Shown here in pieces: positions 15,593 to 25,058 of a stretch of 36,755 bases of DNA. Source of the stretch: Candidatus Eiseniibacteriota bacterium. Lineage in GTDB: Bacteria > Eisenbacteria > RBG-16-71-46 > JABDJR01 > JAWXBZ01. How positions within the stretch are numbered: the first letter of the stretch is position 1; each line of letters starts with the position of its first letter. The stretch spans positions 1-36,755 of the forward strand of contig JAWXBZ010000252.1 of assembly GCA_034440375.1 (NCBI GenBank), given 5' to 3'. Below the pieces are notes generated by a model, which saw only the letters and a program-made list of their open reading frames with translations, was not told the DNA's origin and ran no database searches. The position numbers were made by a program, and so were the translations under genes.

Positions 15593-17104
15593 GTGGCCAC
15601 GACGACGCCCCAGCCGACCGTTCTGACACGGAGCATCAGCCTGAAAAAGGAGCCGGCGGAGGTGTTCGCCCGGTTCGCCAAGTTGCCGGGTTGTTTCTTC
15701 CTCGACTCCGCCCTGGGCGATCACGAACTTTCCCGATTCTCCTACATCGGCGCCGAACCATTCTTCACCTTGAAATCCCGCGGGTCGGTCATGGACATCG
15801 TCGAGGGAAAGAAAGTCCGGCACCAGAAAGGCAACCCCCTCGACGTGCTGGCCGCCATGCTGCAGCGGCACCAGGTGTCGAGCGGAACGACGTTTGTTCC
15901 TTTCATCGGTGGTGCGGTCGGTTATATCGGCTATGAGTTCGGCCGGCACACGACGGGCATCCCGCTTCAAGCCCCGGACGACCTGGGACTGCCGGAGTTG
16001 GCTTTCAATTTTTATCGCAAGCTGCTGGCATTCGACCACCACGAGCGACGATGGTACGTGGCCGCCGCTGATTTCTCGACATCGCACGGACCGTCAGTGC
16101 GCAAGCGCCTGACCGCCGACATCGAGAAAATGGCCGCACTCGCCGAGGGGACGGAACCCGCCACGCCAGCTTCCACGAACACGCGTGCCGCCGGTGACGC
16201 CGTCGTCAACGACCCGCTGGACGACGACCTGGCTCATCTCCCTGAATCGCCGATGGTGACCGACGGTCCCTATCCCTGGCGGTCCAGCCTGACGCGCGAT
16301 CAGTACCTCGATGCGGTGCGCGCCATCAAGGAACGGATTTCCCGGGGCGATATCTACCAGGCAAATCTGACCCAGCGATTCCACGCCACGGCACCGTCCG
16401 GCCCGGTGGCACTGTATCAGGCGCTTCGCGAGGTCAACCCGGCCCCCTATGGTTGCTATCTCGATCTGGGCGAGTGCGTCATCGCCGGACAGTCGCCCGA
16501 GCTGTTCCTTTCCATTCGGGGCCGTTCGGTCGAAACCCGCCCGATCAAGGGCACGCGCCCGCGCGGAGCCGCAAAGGAAGAAGACGAGCAGCTGAAGAGC
16601 GACCTCCTCGCCAGTGCCAAGGACCGCGCGGAACTCGTGATGATTACCGACCTCCTGCGAAACGATCTCGGCCGGGTTTGTCGGCCAGGCAGCATCGAGG
16701 CCGGCGAGACGATCCGGCTTGAAAGCTTTCCCAAGGTGCACCACCTCGTATCGGTAATCCGCGGTGAACTGGCACACGGCCGCACCCTGGCCGACGTACT
16801 TCGTGCCACGTTTCCGGGCGGATCGATCACCGGAGCCCCCAAGCTCAAGGCGATCGAGATTCTCGACGGCCTCGAGCCTGTGGCGCGCGGGCCATACAGT
16901 GGCGCAATGGGCCTCATCGGTTTCGACGGCTCGGTCGATCTGAACGTGGCGATCCGGACGTTTGTTGTCCGGGGTCAGGATGTCTTTTTCGGGGCGGGTG
17001 GCGGCATCGTGGCCGACTCCGATCCGGAAGACGAATATGCGGAGTCGCTGGCCAAGGCGCGGGGCATGCTGGAGGCCCTCGCCCGCGCCGCCGCCCCGCG
17101 CTGA
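15593..17104 (+). CDS. pabB: Aminodeoxychorismate synthase component I
   Basis: LDSA…SRFSY, GGAVGYIGYE, GDIYQANL, NPAPY, SPELFL, PabB-type PIKGT (not TrpE PIAGT), FPGGSITGAPK. RBS GGGAGG. Confidence 0.9.
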   Translation: MATTTPQPTVLTRSISLKKEPAEVFARFAKLPGCFFLDSALGDHELSRFSYIGAEPFFTLKSRGSVMDIVEGKKVRHQKGNPLDVLAAMLQRHQVSSGTTFVPFIGGAVGYIGYEFGRHTTGIPLQAPDDLGLPELAFNFYRKLLAFDHHERRWYVAAADFSTSHGPSVRKRLTADIEKMAALAEGTEPATPASTNTRAAGDAVVNDPLDDDLAHLPESPMVTDGPYPWRSSLTRDQYLDAVRAIKERISRGDIYQANLTQRFHATAPSGPVALYQALREVNPAPYGCYLDLGECVIAGQSPELFLSIRGRSVETRPIKGTRPRGAAKEEDEQLKSDLLASAKDRAELVMITDLLRNDLGRVCRPGSIEAGETIRLESFPKVHHLVSVIRGELAHGRTLADVLRATFPGGSITGAPKLKAIEILDGLEPVARGPYSGAMGLIGFDGSVDLNVAIRTFVVRGQDVFFGAGGGIVADSDPEDEYAESLAKARGMLEALARAAAPR

Positions 17105-18022
17105 GCGGAAACGACCACGACTCACCTTCATATCAACGGCCGGCTGATTGCCGAGGCCGACGCGGTGGTGCCGGCCCTCGACCGCGGCCTCCTCTACGGT
17201 GACGGTGTCTTCGAGACGATCCGTGCCTACCGGGGCGTCATCTTTCGCCTCGAACGCCACCTTGACCGGTTGCGCCGTTCCATGGACGGCCTTGAACTCG
17301 ATTGGCCGTTTGCTCCGTCCGGAGTTCTTGACGTGTTGACGGAGCTCCTGGAAATAAACGGGCTCGGCGCCACCCCCGACGGTACGGATCCGATCGACGC
17401 GCGAATTCGCATCACCGTCACCGGTGGTCTCTCGGACGGTCAAATTCGCCTGGCCCGTACTGGCCATCCCACGGTCATCATGAGTGCGGGTCGTCTGACG
17501 CCCCCCTCGCCAGAAGAATACGAACGCGGAATAACCCTGGCCACGACCAGCTTCCGCCAACCGTGGAACTCGCCGCTGGCACGGATCAAGACTATTCACC
17601 GACTCGAATACCTCATGGCCAGGGAGGAAGCGCGACGGCGGGGCGCCGACGACGGCCTGATCCTCGACGACCGGGGGCAGGTGGCCGAGGGGACGGCAAG
17701 CAACATCGCGCTGATTCGGGGATCCACCCTCGTGACCCCGACTCTCGAAGGACCGATTCTGCCGGGGGTGACCCGGGAAGCCGTGCTTGAGGCGGCGGCG
17801 ACGGCCGGTTTCACCGTCGATGAGCGGATTGTCCGACCGGAGGAGCTCCAGGCCGCCGATGAGATTTTCGCCACGTCTACGTCCTGGGAGATCCTCGCCG
17901 TCCGCGCCATCGACGGCCGGCCGGTTGGGGGCGGAGGGCGCGGCCCGGCCACCCTGGCGATTCATGATGCTTTCCGGCGACTGGTGACCTTTGCGATCCG
18001 GCCCTCCCCCCCCGTTGGTTGA
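17105..18022 (+). CDS. PLP aminotransferase class IV, probably aminodeoxychorismate lyase (PabC-like); start unresolved
   Basis: HINGRLI…DRGLLYGDGVFET, RHLDRL, IKT, EGTASN, ILPGVTR. The frame is open from the pabB stop; first canonical start is GTG 17165. Confidence 0.85.
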   Translation, partial: AETTTTHLHINGRLIAEADAVVPALDRGLLYGDGVFETIRAYRGVIFRLERHLDRLRRSMDGLELDWPFAPSGVLDVLTELLEINGLGATPDGTDPIDARIRITVTGGLSDGQIRLARTGHPTVIMSAGRLTPPSPEEYERGITLATTSFRQPWNSPLARIKTIHRLEYLMAREEARRRGADDGLILDDRGQVAEGTASNIALIRGSTLVTPTLEGPILPGVTREAVLEAAATAGFTVDERIVRPEELQAADEIFATSTSWEILAVRAIDGRPVGGGGRGPATLAIHDAFRRLVTFAIRPSPPVG

Positions 18023-18074
18023 CGAGGGCAATGAACGGGGTCTACCTTGTTCGTAGCGTTTCCAGGGAATCGTC

Positions 18075-18974
18075 ATGAACGAGATCTTTTCGACACGTGA
18101 AATGGCCCGACTCTGTGGCGTCAATGAATCCACGATCAAGAGGTGGGCGGATTCCGGACGCCTGCATTGCCTGAAGACACCGGGCGGCCACCGCAAATTC
18201 CGAATTCGGGATGCGCTCTCCTTCCTCAATGAGTACGGCTTCGAAGGGCTCGGCATCGGGAGCCTCGCAACGCTTCCCGGCGAAGAAAACTCCCTCTCTG
18301 CATTGATCCTCCGCCGCGACTGGGACGAACTCACCGTCCGTTATCTTGATCTTGGCCTCGCGGGATCCTCGCCGGGCGTGGTCCAGTTTCTCTTCCAGAT
18401 GGTGACGGCCGGCTGCACACTGGTGGAGATTTGTGACCGGGTCATCGCACCGGCCCTGGTCATGCTTGGCGATCGCTGGCAGGACGGAAGCGTCTCGATA
18501 CTGGAGGAACACCTGATGTCAGCCGCAACCATTCACGGCCTCGAGCGCCTTCGGGACACCCTGCCGCAACAGGAAGCCAACGGCCTCGTGGCTCTCTGTT
18601 CCCCGGTGGAAAGCGAACAGCATGAAATCGGCGTCCGCATGTCGGCGCTCCTGCTTGACCGGCTCGGCTGGGATGTCCGCATGGCGGTGGATGGAACACC
18701 GACTCAGGAGCTTGTCCATTTTGTCAAACAGGAGCGGCCCCGCCTGGTGTGCCTGTCAGTCTGTTCCCGGCCGATCGATGTCGAGTATCTGGAAAAGACG
18801 AGGCTTGTCTGGCAGGTCACGCGGGAAACGGGCACGCGACTGGCCGTCGGCGGCCGCGGGGCGCAGGGCCAGGTCCAGGTTCCCTGCGATCTGAACGGCG
18901 GGTGCCTTGCCATGCTTGAATCGTTCGCCGGCGAGATGGTCGGCCACCGGGGCGCGCGCCGCGTGAACGCATGA
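18075..18974 (+). CDS. Cobalamin-binding transcriptional regulator (MerR/excisionase-type HTH plus B12-binding domains, CarH/LitR-like)
   Basis: STREMARLCGVNESTIKRWADSG..KTPGGHRKF HTH; W-x9-EH (WQDGSVSILEEH); ExHxxG (EQHEIG); later CLS and VGG. Confidence 0.88.
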   Translation: MNEIFSTREMARLCGVNESTIKRWADSGRLHCLKTPGGHRKFRIRDALSFLNEYGFEGLGIGSLATLPGEENSLSALILRRDWDELTVRYLDLGLAGSSPGVVQFLFQMVTAGCTLVEICDRVIAPALVMLGDRWQDGSVSILEEHLMSAATIHGLERLRDTLPQQEANGLVALCSPVESEQHEIGVRMSALLLDRLGWDVRMAVDGTPTQELVHFVKQERPRLVCLSVCSRPIDVEYLEKTRLVWQVTRETGTRLAVGGRGAQGQVQVPCDLNGGCLAMLESFAGEMVGHRGARRVNA

Positions 18975-19017
18975 GCGGACCCCGGTTAGGCGGCCTGGCG
19001 TTGATTCACACCACCCC

Positions 19018-19524
19018 GTGAGCCCTCGCCCCAGCGACACACTTCAGCCCGGTGATGCCGCCCCGGATTTCACGCTGCCCGACCTCAACGACACGTTGGT
19101 CACCCGCTCGGTGTGGCAGGCGGGCCAGCCACTTCTGCTCCTTTTTTTCCGCGGCACCTGGTGCGCCCAGTGTCGCGCACACATCGGGCGCCTGCGCGAC
19201 GATGCGGACACCTTTCGGGCCAGGGAGGTCCGCATCCTCGGCGTGGCGGCACAGAAGCGTTCCCGCCTTTCGGCTTACCTGGCCCGGAATCCTGTCCCGT
19301 TTCCAATCCTGGCCGACGAGGATCGCGCGGTGAGCCGGGCGTACGGCGTGTACGTGCCGATCAATTTCGAGAGCCTCCGGATCGCCCGGCCCTCGAGTTT
19401 TCTCGTGGACAAGGGCGGGATCGTGCGTTGGTTGCACGTCGGTTCTCACCAATTTGACCGACCCCGGCCGGACGAGGTGCGCTCGCAGATCGAGGCTCTC
19501 CGGCCGCCACCGGGCACAGACTAG
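19018..19524 (+). CDS. Peroxiredoxin-like AhpC/TSA-family redoxin (CxxC)
   Basis: GDAAPDFTLPD, FFRGTWCAQC, FPILADED..VSRAYGV, PSSFLVDKGG.VR. Confidence 0.88.
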   Translation: MSPRPSDTLQPGDAAPDFTLPDLNDTLVTRSVWQAGQPLLLLFFRGTWCAQCRAHIGRLRDDADTFRAREVRILGVAAQKRSRLSAYLARNPVPFPILADEDRAVSRAYGVYVPINFESLRIARPSSFLVDKGGIVRWLHVGSHQFDRPRPDEVRSQIEALRPPPGTD

Positions 19525-21521
19525 CGTCGGGAGGGCAGCACGGGCCGAAAGCTGAGGGCCACCAGCCGCGAATCGCCGGCCAGCGCCACATCAAGCAGCT
19601 CACGCAGCGCACGGGACTGACCTGGATCGAGTCGGGCAGCCGACAGCGTAAACGAGCGCTGATAGATCAGGTTGATACCGTCAAAAAGCCAGAGCGCCTC
19701 GTACGAACCAAACTCATTGGTGAAATGCACGGCCGGAGGGAGTGTCTCGACAGCCCAGTCCCGCGGCGGTGTCAGCGTCAGGAAGTCCTCGCTGACCTCG
19801 GGCCAGCGGACCAGTACCGGCTGGCGCCGTGGCGCGTCATCGGGGCCGAGCGGATTGCGGTCGAGGCGGGCGATGAGGGCGGTGTTGACGAGTAATTCGG
19901 CATCAACCCGGCGGCCAATGCTGGTGGCGCGCAGAGCCAGATCCAGGGACAGATCACGCGACGGGTCGGTGTCGTTTCGCGTTACAAGCGAGTCGAGGCG
20001 AACCGAAGGAAGTGTCGGCCGCCACTGGGTCGCCAGATGATCGAGCAATCCCTTGCGGCCCGCGAGGGCCAGCGCCTGACGCAGCTCCAACTCCAGCTGC
20101 CCGCTCGTGTCGACACGCACGCGCCCGCGCAGGCGCCCCTCGCCGTCGAGCGTCAGCTGTGCGGTGCGTCGAACCCGGTTCACTTCGGCCGGATCGATCG
20201 GTGTTGGTACGAACATCGCCCCGGAGTCGCTGGCCGCCACCGCGGTGACACCCTGTGCATACCATGGCAGGATTCCGGGGGGGGCGAACGGAACCCCGGG
20301 CGCGAAGAAGTAGACCCGTTCGGGTGACGAACTAACCGCGACGAGGCTTCGGTGAAACTGTGCCGGCGACAGGATATCCGGATGAAAAAAAGCGCGGTCG
20401 CGGTCGACCGTGAACGCTCGCGTGGCCGTGATGTGCCTCGACTCAAGCGCCGCGATGAACAGAAGATTCACCGCGTCCGGCCCCCCGGTGCCGAGCGCCA
20501 GAAGCGAATCGACCGTGTCGGGGACGGGGGGGGTCGGCCCCCCGCCGGCAGCGCTGTTGACCAGGCGTGCCTGGGTAAATTCATAAAGGCGCCTGATGGT
20601 CACGGCCGGCTCGTCCGCCGGAAGATCGAGCACCGCGAGTTCCGCCTCCAGGCGGCTTCGGCCGGCCGCGAATTCCAGCTCGCGGGCACGGACGATGGCG
20701 GCAAAGGTGCGCCAGTACCCCTTGGCGATCAGATTGGCCGGGTCATAAAGCGTGACGACGCGGGCCCGCGTTTCCAGGGGTGGGGGTCCCCATGGCTCGT
20801 CACGGACGGCCGGCAGGTCGCGGATTTCAAAGCGGGCCGCTTCCAGGCTGTCGGAGGCGTTTGCGCGGAAGATCGGCTCGACCAACGGTTCGAAGCCGTC
20901 GGTGTTCAAGAGCACCCAACGCGAGGTCCTGGAGAATGCCGGATGCCAGAGGTAAGTGGACCGTTGACAGGGAATCTCGTGCTGGAATATCCAGCCGTCA
21001 ACCGGCGGAGCCTCACCTCCCAGAACGGCATAGCGATATTCAACCACGCACCCGACCGCGGCACCGGGCAACCGGAAGGTCAACTCGGTGCGGCCGCCCG
21101 GCGTTGTGCTTCGAGTGACGTCGCTTCGGTTGAGCGGCAACTCCTTGCCGTCGGGCGTGATCGTGCGGCCGTCTATGTCGACCAATTCTTCGGCGGGTTC
21201 GTTGAGACTGACCACGAAGGTGGCCCAGGATTCACCAGAAGGCAGGAGAATCTTGAAGCGGCGATAGAGGCTCTGCAGCCGACCCTCGATGCGCCGGTCA
21301 TCGACCTCGGCCTCCTCGAAAAGGAGGATGGCACCGGGGCCGTCCGGATCGACGGATTTGAGAGCACGATCGGTTTCGCTGAGGGGAGGCCAGTCGGAGG
21401 CGACGGCGGGCAGCGACAAAAGGTGGCAGGCGGCCAGCACAAGAAACGTCGCGAGGCCGATTGGCCCGGGTTCACGATGCTGTCGGTTACAAGACGTTGA
21501 TGCTGGCGCCGTGCCGGACAT
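19521..21521 (-). CDS. Exported DUF3857 / transglutaminase-like protein
   Basis: Start moved to ATG 21521 (RBS AAGGGGAG). Hydrophobic signal; AILLFEE, RRFKIL, GRTITPDG, F.LP…GCVVEYRY, W.FQ.EIP; C-terminal LP……NEFGSY. Confidence 0.8.
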   Translation of the reverse strand: MSGTAPASTSCNRQHREPGPIGLATFLVLAACHLLSLPAVASDWPPLSETDRALKSVDPDGPGAILLFEEAEVDDRRIEGRLQSLYRRFKILLPSGESWATFVVSLNEPAEELVDIDGRTITPDGKELPLNRSDVTRSTTPGGRTELTFRLPGAAVGCVVEYRYAVLGGEAPPVDGWIFQHEIPCQRSTYLWHPAFSRTSRWVLLNTDGFEPLVEPIFRANASDSLEAARFEIRDLPAVRDEPWGPPPLETRARVVTLYDPANLIAKGYWRTFAAIVRARELEFAAGRSRLEAELAVLDLPADEPAVTIRRLYEFTQARLVNSAAGGGPTPPVPDTVDSLLALGTGGPDAVNLLFIAALESRHITATRAFTVDRDRAFFHPDILSPAQFHRSLVAVSSSPERVYFFAPGVPFAPPGILPWYAQGVTAVAASDSGAMFVPTPIDPAEVNRVRRTAQLTLDGEGRLRGRVRVDTSGQLELELRQALALAGRKGLLDHLATQWRPTLPSVRLDSLVTRNDTDPSRDLSLDLALRATSIGRRVDAELLVNTALIARLDRNPLGPDDAPRRQPVLVRWPEVSEDFLTLTPPRDWAVETLPPAVHFTNEFGSYEALWLFDGINLIYQRSFTLSAARLDPGQSRALRELLDVALAGDSRLVALSFRPVLPSRR

Positions 21522-22173
21522 CGCTCCCCTTGACCATGAAAATGACCTGCTCGGCGATGTTCGTGGCGTGATCGCTGATCCGTTCCAGATACTTGGCGAT
21601 GAAAATGAGCCGCATGGCCCGGGTAATCGTGCGGGGGTCCTCAATCATGAACGAGACGAGCTCGCGGAAAATCTGGACGTTCAGGTCGTCAATGGCCTGC
21701 TCACTGGCCAGGACATCCTTCGCCTTCTCGACATCACCGGAAACGTAGGCATCTAGGCTCGTCCGCACGATGGCACTGACGCGTGCTGCCATCCGCGGCA
21801 GATCGATGTAGGGCTTCAACTGCGGCTCGGTGTTGAGTTCGAGGACACGCTCGCAGATGTTGACCGTGAGATCGCCCACCCGTTCCAGGTCGGTTACGAT
21901 CTTGAGTGCGGTGGCCAGAAAGCGAAGGTCTGATCCGACCGGCTGGCGGAGCGCCAGTATCTTGAGCGTCAGCTCGTCGATCTCCATCTCACTCTTGTCG
22001 GTGCCCTTGTCGGCGGCGATGGTCCGCTCCGCCAGATCGCTGTCCCGGTTGACCAGGGCATTGATGGAGTCGCCCAGCAAGTGCTCGGCCCGGCCGCCCA
22101 TGGCTAGAAGGGCGTTCTTGACGCTCTGAAGCTCGGCTTCGAATTCGCGGCTGCTGTGCTGGCGTGTGTTCAC
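21487..22173 (-). CDS. phoU: Phosphate signalling protein PhoU
   Basis: LALRQPVGSDLR, KIVTDLERVGD, LERISDHATNIAE. Confidence 0.96.
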   Translation of the reverse strand: MNTRQHSSREFEAELQSVKNALLAMGGRAEHLLGDSINALVNRDSDLAERTIAADKGTDKSEMEIDELTLKILALRQPVGSDLRFLATALKIVTDLERVGDLTVNICERVLELNTEPQLKPYIDLPRMAARVSAIVRTSLDAYVSGDVEKAKDVLASEQAIDDLNVQIFRELVSFMIEDPRTITRAMRLIFIAKYLERISDHATNIAEQVIFMVKGSDVRHGASINVL

Positions 22174-22200
22174 CCGGTGACTCTCCCCTTTCCTGGCATC

Positions 22201-23076
22201 TTATCCGAACCGGCCGGTGATGTAATCCTCGGTGCTCGTCTTGTCCGGATTGGTGAAAATTTTCTCCGTCGGCCCCACTTCGATCAATTCGCCCAGATAG
22301 AAGAAGCCGGTGAAGTCGGACACCCGTGCAGCCTGCTGCATGTTGTGGGTGACGATGACAATCGTGTAACTCGCTTTCAGACTGTCGATCAGGTCTTCGA
22401 TCTTCTGGGTTGCGATCGGGTCCAGGGCGGAGGCCGGCTCGTCCATCAGCAGGACTTCCGGCTCGACCGCCAGAGCCCTTGCGATGCAAAGCCGCTGCTG
22501 TTGTCCACCCGACAGCCCGAAGGCCGAGGTCTTCAATCGATCTTTCACTTCATCCCATAACGCGGCAGCCTTGAGGCTGGATTCGACCCGCTCGGCGATG
22601 AACTTGCGGTCGGAAACGCCGTTGACGACAAGCCCATAAGCCACGTTATCCCAAATTGACTTCGGGAAGGGATTCGACTTCTGGAAAACCATTCCGACCC
22701 GCCGGCGCAGTTCCACCACGTCAACCTGGCGGGCGAAGATGTCCTCACCGTCGAGGAGAACGATGCCATCCGCCCGCGCCCCGGGGATGATGTCATTCAT
22801 GCGATTCAGCGTTCTGAGAAAAGTCGACTTCCCGCAGCCCGACGGTCCGATCAGGGCCGTGACCCGATGCTCGGGGATCTCCATGCTGACCTTGTGCAGG
22901 ACATGGGCCGGCCCATAGTAGAAATCAAGATCCGTCACGGCAATCTTGACAGGAAGCTTTGCATCCACGACAGGGCCTCCTGAATGGGTCGCGGCAGGCG
23001 CCGGGGTGAACTTTGAGGATACCAGAGGCGGCGCCAGGATCGAGGCGGAACGCGCCCCCGGCTCATCAATTATCAT
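22201..23076 (-). CDS. pstB: Phosphate ABC transporter ATPase
   Basis: [55 protein letters not shown]. Confidence 0.97.
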   Translation of the reverse strand: MIIDEPGARSASILAPPLVSSKFTPAPAATHSGGPVVDAKLPVKIAVTDLDFYYGPAHVLHKVSMEIPEHRVTALIGPSGCGKSTFLRTLNRMNDIIPGARADGIVLLDGEDIFARQVDVVELRRRVGMVFQKSNPFPKSIWDNVAYGLVVNGVSDRKFIAERVESSLKAAALWDEVKDRLKTSAFGLSGGQQQRLCIARALAVEPEVLLMDEPASALDPIATQKIEDLIDSLKASYTIVIVTHNMQQAARVSDFTGFFYLGELIEVGPTEKIFTNPDKTSTEDYITGRFG

Positions 23077-23091
23077 CTCATGTCCTTTCGC

Positions 23092-24045
23092 CTATCCGCT
23101 TTTCTGACGGGAGCGAGTGCGCGCCCGAATCACGGTGGCTGTCATGTTCAGAAGAAGGGTCAGGACCAGCAGAACCAGCACCGTGCCGAACATCACCGGG
23201 CGCGTGGCATCCACGTCCGGCGACTGGGTGGCCAGAACGAAGGTGTGATAACCGAGGTGCATGAACTGGTCGGTAAGCTGTCCCGGCAGATACGGCAGGA
23301 AATAGGCCGCTCCCGTAAACAGGATCGGGGCCACCTCTCCGGCGCCGCGCCCCACGGCCAGGATGCCGCCGGTCAGGATTCCCGGGAGCGCCTGGGGCAG
23401 GACGACCCGCCAGATGGTTTGCCAGCGGGTGGCGCCCAGCGCCAGGCTGGCTTCGCGAAAGTGCGGCGGCACGGACGCGAGCGCCTCCTCGGTCGTGACG
23501 ATCACGACCGGCAGATTGAGAATGGCCAGGGTCATGGCCGCCCAGAGGATGCATGGCTGCCCCCACGTGACGTCCAGTCCCATCGCCCGATCGATGCCGA
23601 CCCCGAGCGTCTGGATGAAAAAACCGAGGCCGAACAGGCCGAACACGATCGAGGGGACGCCGGCCAGATTGTTGACGGCAAAGCGCACTGCTTTCGTCCA
23701 CCTGGCGTTCGGGCGGGCGTACTCGTGCAGATAGATGGCGGCCATGGCCCCGAATGGAATGACCGCGATGACCATGAGGAGGACCAGGGCCACCGTTCCG
23801 AAGATGGCTGGACCAATCCCACCCGAACGAAGGCCGTCGGTTGGCGGCTTCGTCAGAAATTCCCAGGAGATGACCTGGTAGCCGCCGGCCACGATATTGA
23901 TCACGATGACCGCCACCGTGAGGACAATCAGCAGCGTGGCGAAGCCGGAAAGTCCCGTCAGCAGAACCTCCGCCCACGCCGTCTTGCGGCCACCAATCAG
24001 CGGCAACAGGGCCGGCCTGGCAGCGGGCGATCCGACGAAAGCCAT
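23092..24045 (-). CDS. pstA: Phosphate ABC transporter permease
   Basis: GGIGPAIFGT, AIYLHEY, NLAGVPSIVFGLFG, EASLALGATRWQT, GEVAPI. Confidence 0.96.
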   Translation of the reverse strand: MAFVGSPAARPALLPLIGGRKTAWAEVLLTGLSGFATLLIVLTVAVIVINIVAGGYQVISWEFLTKPPTDGLRSGGIGPAIFGTVALVLLMVIAVIPFGAMAAIYLHEYARPNARWTKAVRFAVNNLAGVPSIVFGLFGLGFFIQTLGVGIDRAMGLDVTWGQPCILWAAMTLAILNLPVVIVTTEEALASVPPHFREASLALGATRWQTIWRVVLPQALPGILTGGILAVGRGAGEVAPILFTGAAYFLPYLPGQLTDQFMHLGYHTFVLATQSPDVDATRPVMFGTVLVLLVLTLLLNMTATVIRARTRSRQKSG

Positions 24046-24995
24046 CAGACCTCTCCGCTCAAGCGCCGTTTCATGGTGCTGAGATACCAGCCGGCAAGGA
24101 TGTTCAGGATCATGGTGAATCCGAAGAGGATGACGCCGATCAGGAAGAGAATGCGGTAGTGATCTCCGCCGACGACCACTTCACCCATTTCGGCGGCGAT
24201 GGTGGCCGACATGGTGCGGGTTGTGTCAAGCGGATTCCACGACACCAGCGCGGCGTTTCCCGAGGCCATGAGGACGACCATCGTCTCGCCGACCGCACGC
24301 CCCAAGCCCAGTACGATCGAGGCGAAAATGCCCGATGAGGCGGCCGGAAGGACGGCGTGTACGGCTGTTTTCCAGTTATTGCAGCCGAGAGCGAGCGATG
24401 CCTCACGAAGATTGTTCGGCACGGCGCGAAGTGCGTCCTCGCTCACCGAGTAAATGACGGGAATGATGGCGAGGCCAAGCGCGAGGCCCGCGTTCAGTGC
24501 GTTCAGTCGGGCCACGGCGCCGGTCAGCGTTTGCACGATGGAGGCCAGAATGATCAGGGCGAAGAATCCCATCACCACCGACGGGATGCCGGCCAGCAGT
24601 TCCACGAATGGCTTTACGATCTCGCCGACCCAGCGCGGCGCGAACTCGGCACTGAAGAGGGCAGCCAGGACGCCGATCGGAACGGCCACCGACATCGCAA
24701 TGACCGTGATCTTGGCCGTGCCAAGGATCAGCGGCAGCAGGGAATAACGAGGGTTGTCCGATACCGGCTGCCAGACGATCTGGCCGAAGAATCCGCCGAA
24801 ATTGGCGCTGGCAGGATCTTCCGCCGTGAAAAAGATCGGAATGGCTTCCCTGACGATCGACAAGAGGATGAGGAAAACGCTCAGAATGGTCATGGCAGAG
24901 CAGACCGCGATGGTGGTCTCGATCAGTCGTTCCCGCCAGAGAAACCAGCGGCTCCGGGAGGCCCCGTAACGGCGTTCCCCGCTCTGTATCGACAT
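24045..24995 (-). CDS. pstC: Phosphate ABC transporter permease
   Basis: WQP, ELLAGIPSVVMG, EASLALG, RAVGETM.V.MASGN, TIAAEMGE. Confidence 0.96.
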   Translation of the reverse strand: MSIQSGERRYGASRSRWFLWRERLIETTIAVCSAMTILSVFLILLSIVREAIPIFFTAEDPASANFGGFFGQIVWQPVSDNPRYSLLPLILGTAKITVIAMSVAVPIGVLAALFSAEFAPRWVGEIVKPFVELLAGIPSVVMGFFALIILASIVQTLTGAVARLNALNAGLALGLAIIPVIYSVSEDALRAVPNNLREASLALGCNNWKTAVHAVLPAASSGIFASIVLGLGRAVGETMVVLMASGNAALVSWNPLDTTRTMSATIAAEMGEVVVGGDHYRILFLIGVILFGFTMILNILAGWYLSTMKRRLSGEV

Positions 24996-25058
24996 CAGTC
25001 CAGGTACCTCTTTATGCCAAGCCTCTTCATGGCGCCCAAGTCAGTTAATCATGAGAGG

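Noticed and set aside
17102-17104. Selenocysteine at the pabB/pabC TGA
   Set aside because: Linker position with no catalytic Cys equivalent and no evident SECIS hairpin downstream.
18075-18240. Excisionase-like HTH as evidence of a prophage or integrative element
   Set aside because: It is fused to B12-binding domains; no integrase, att site or phage genes are visible.
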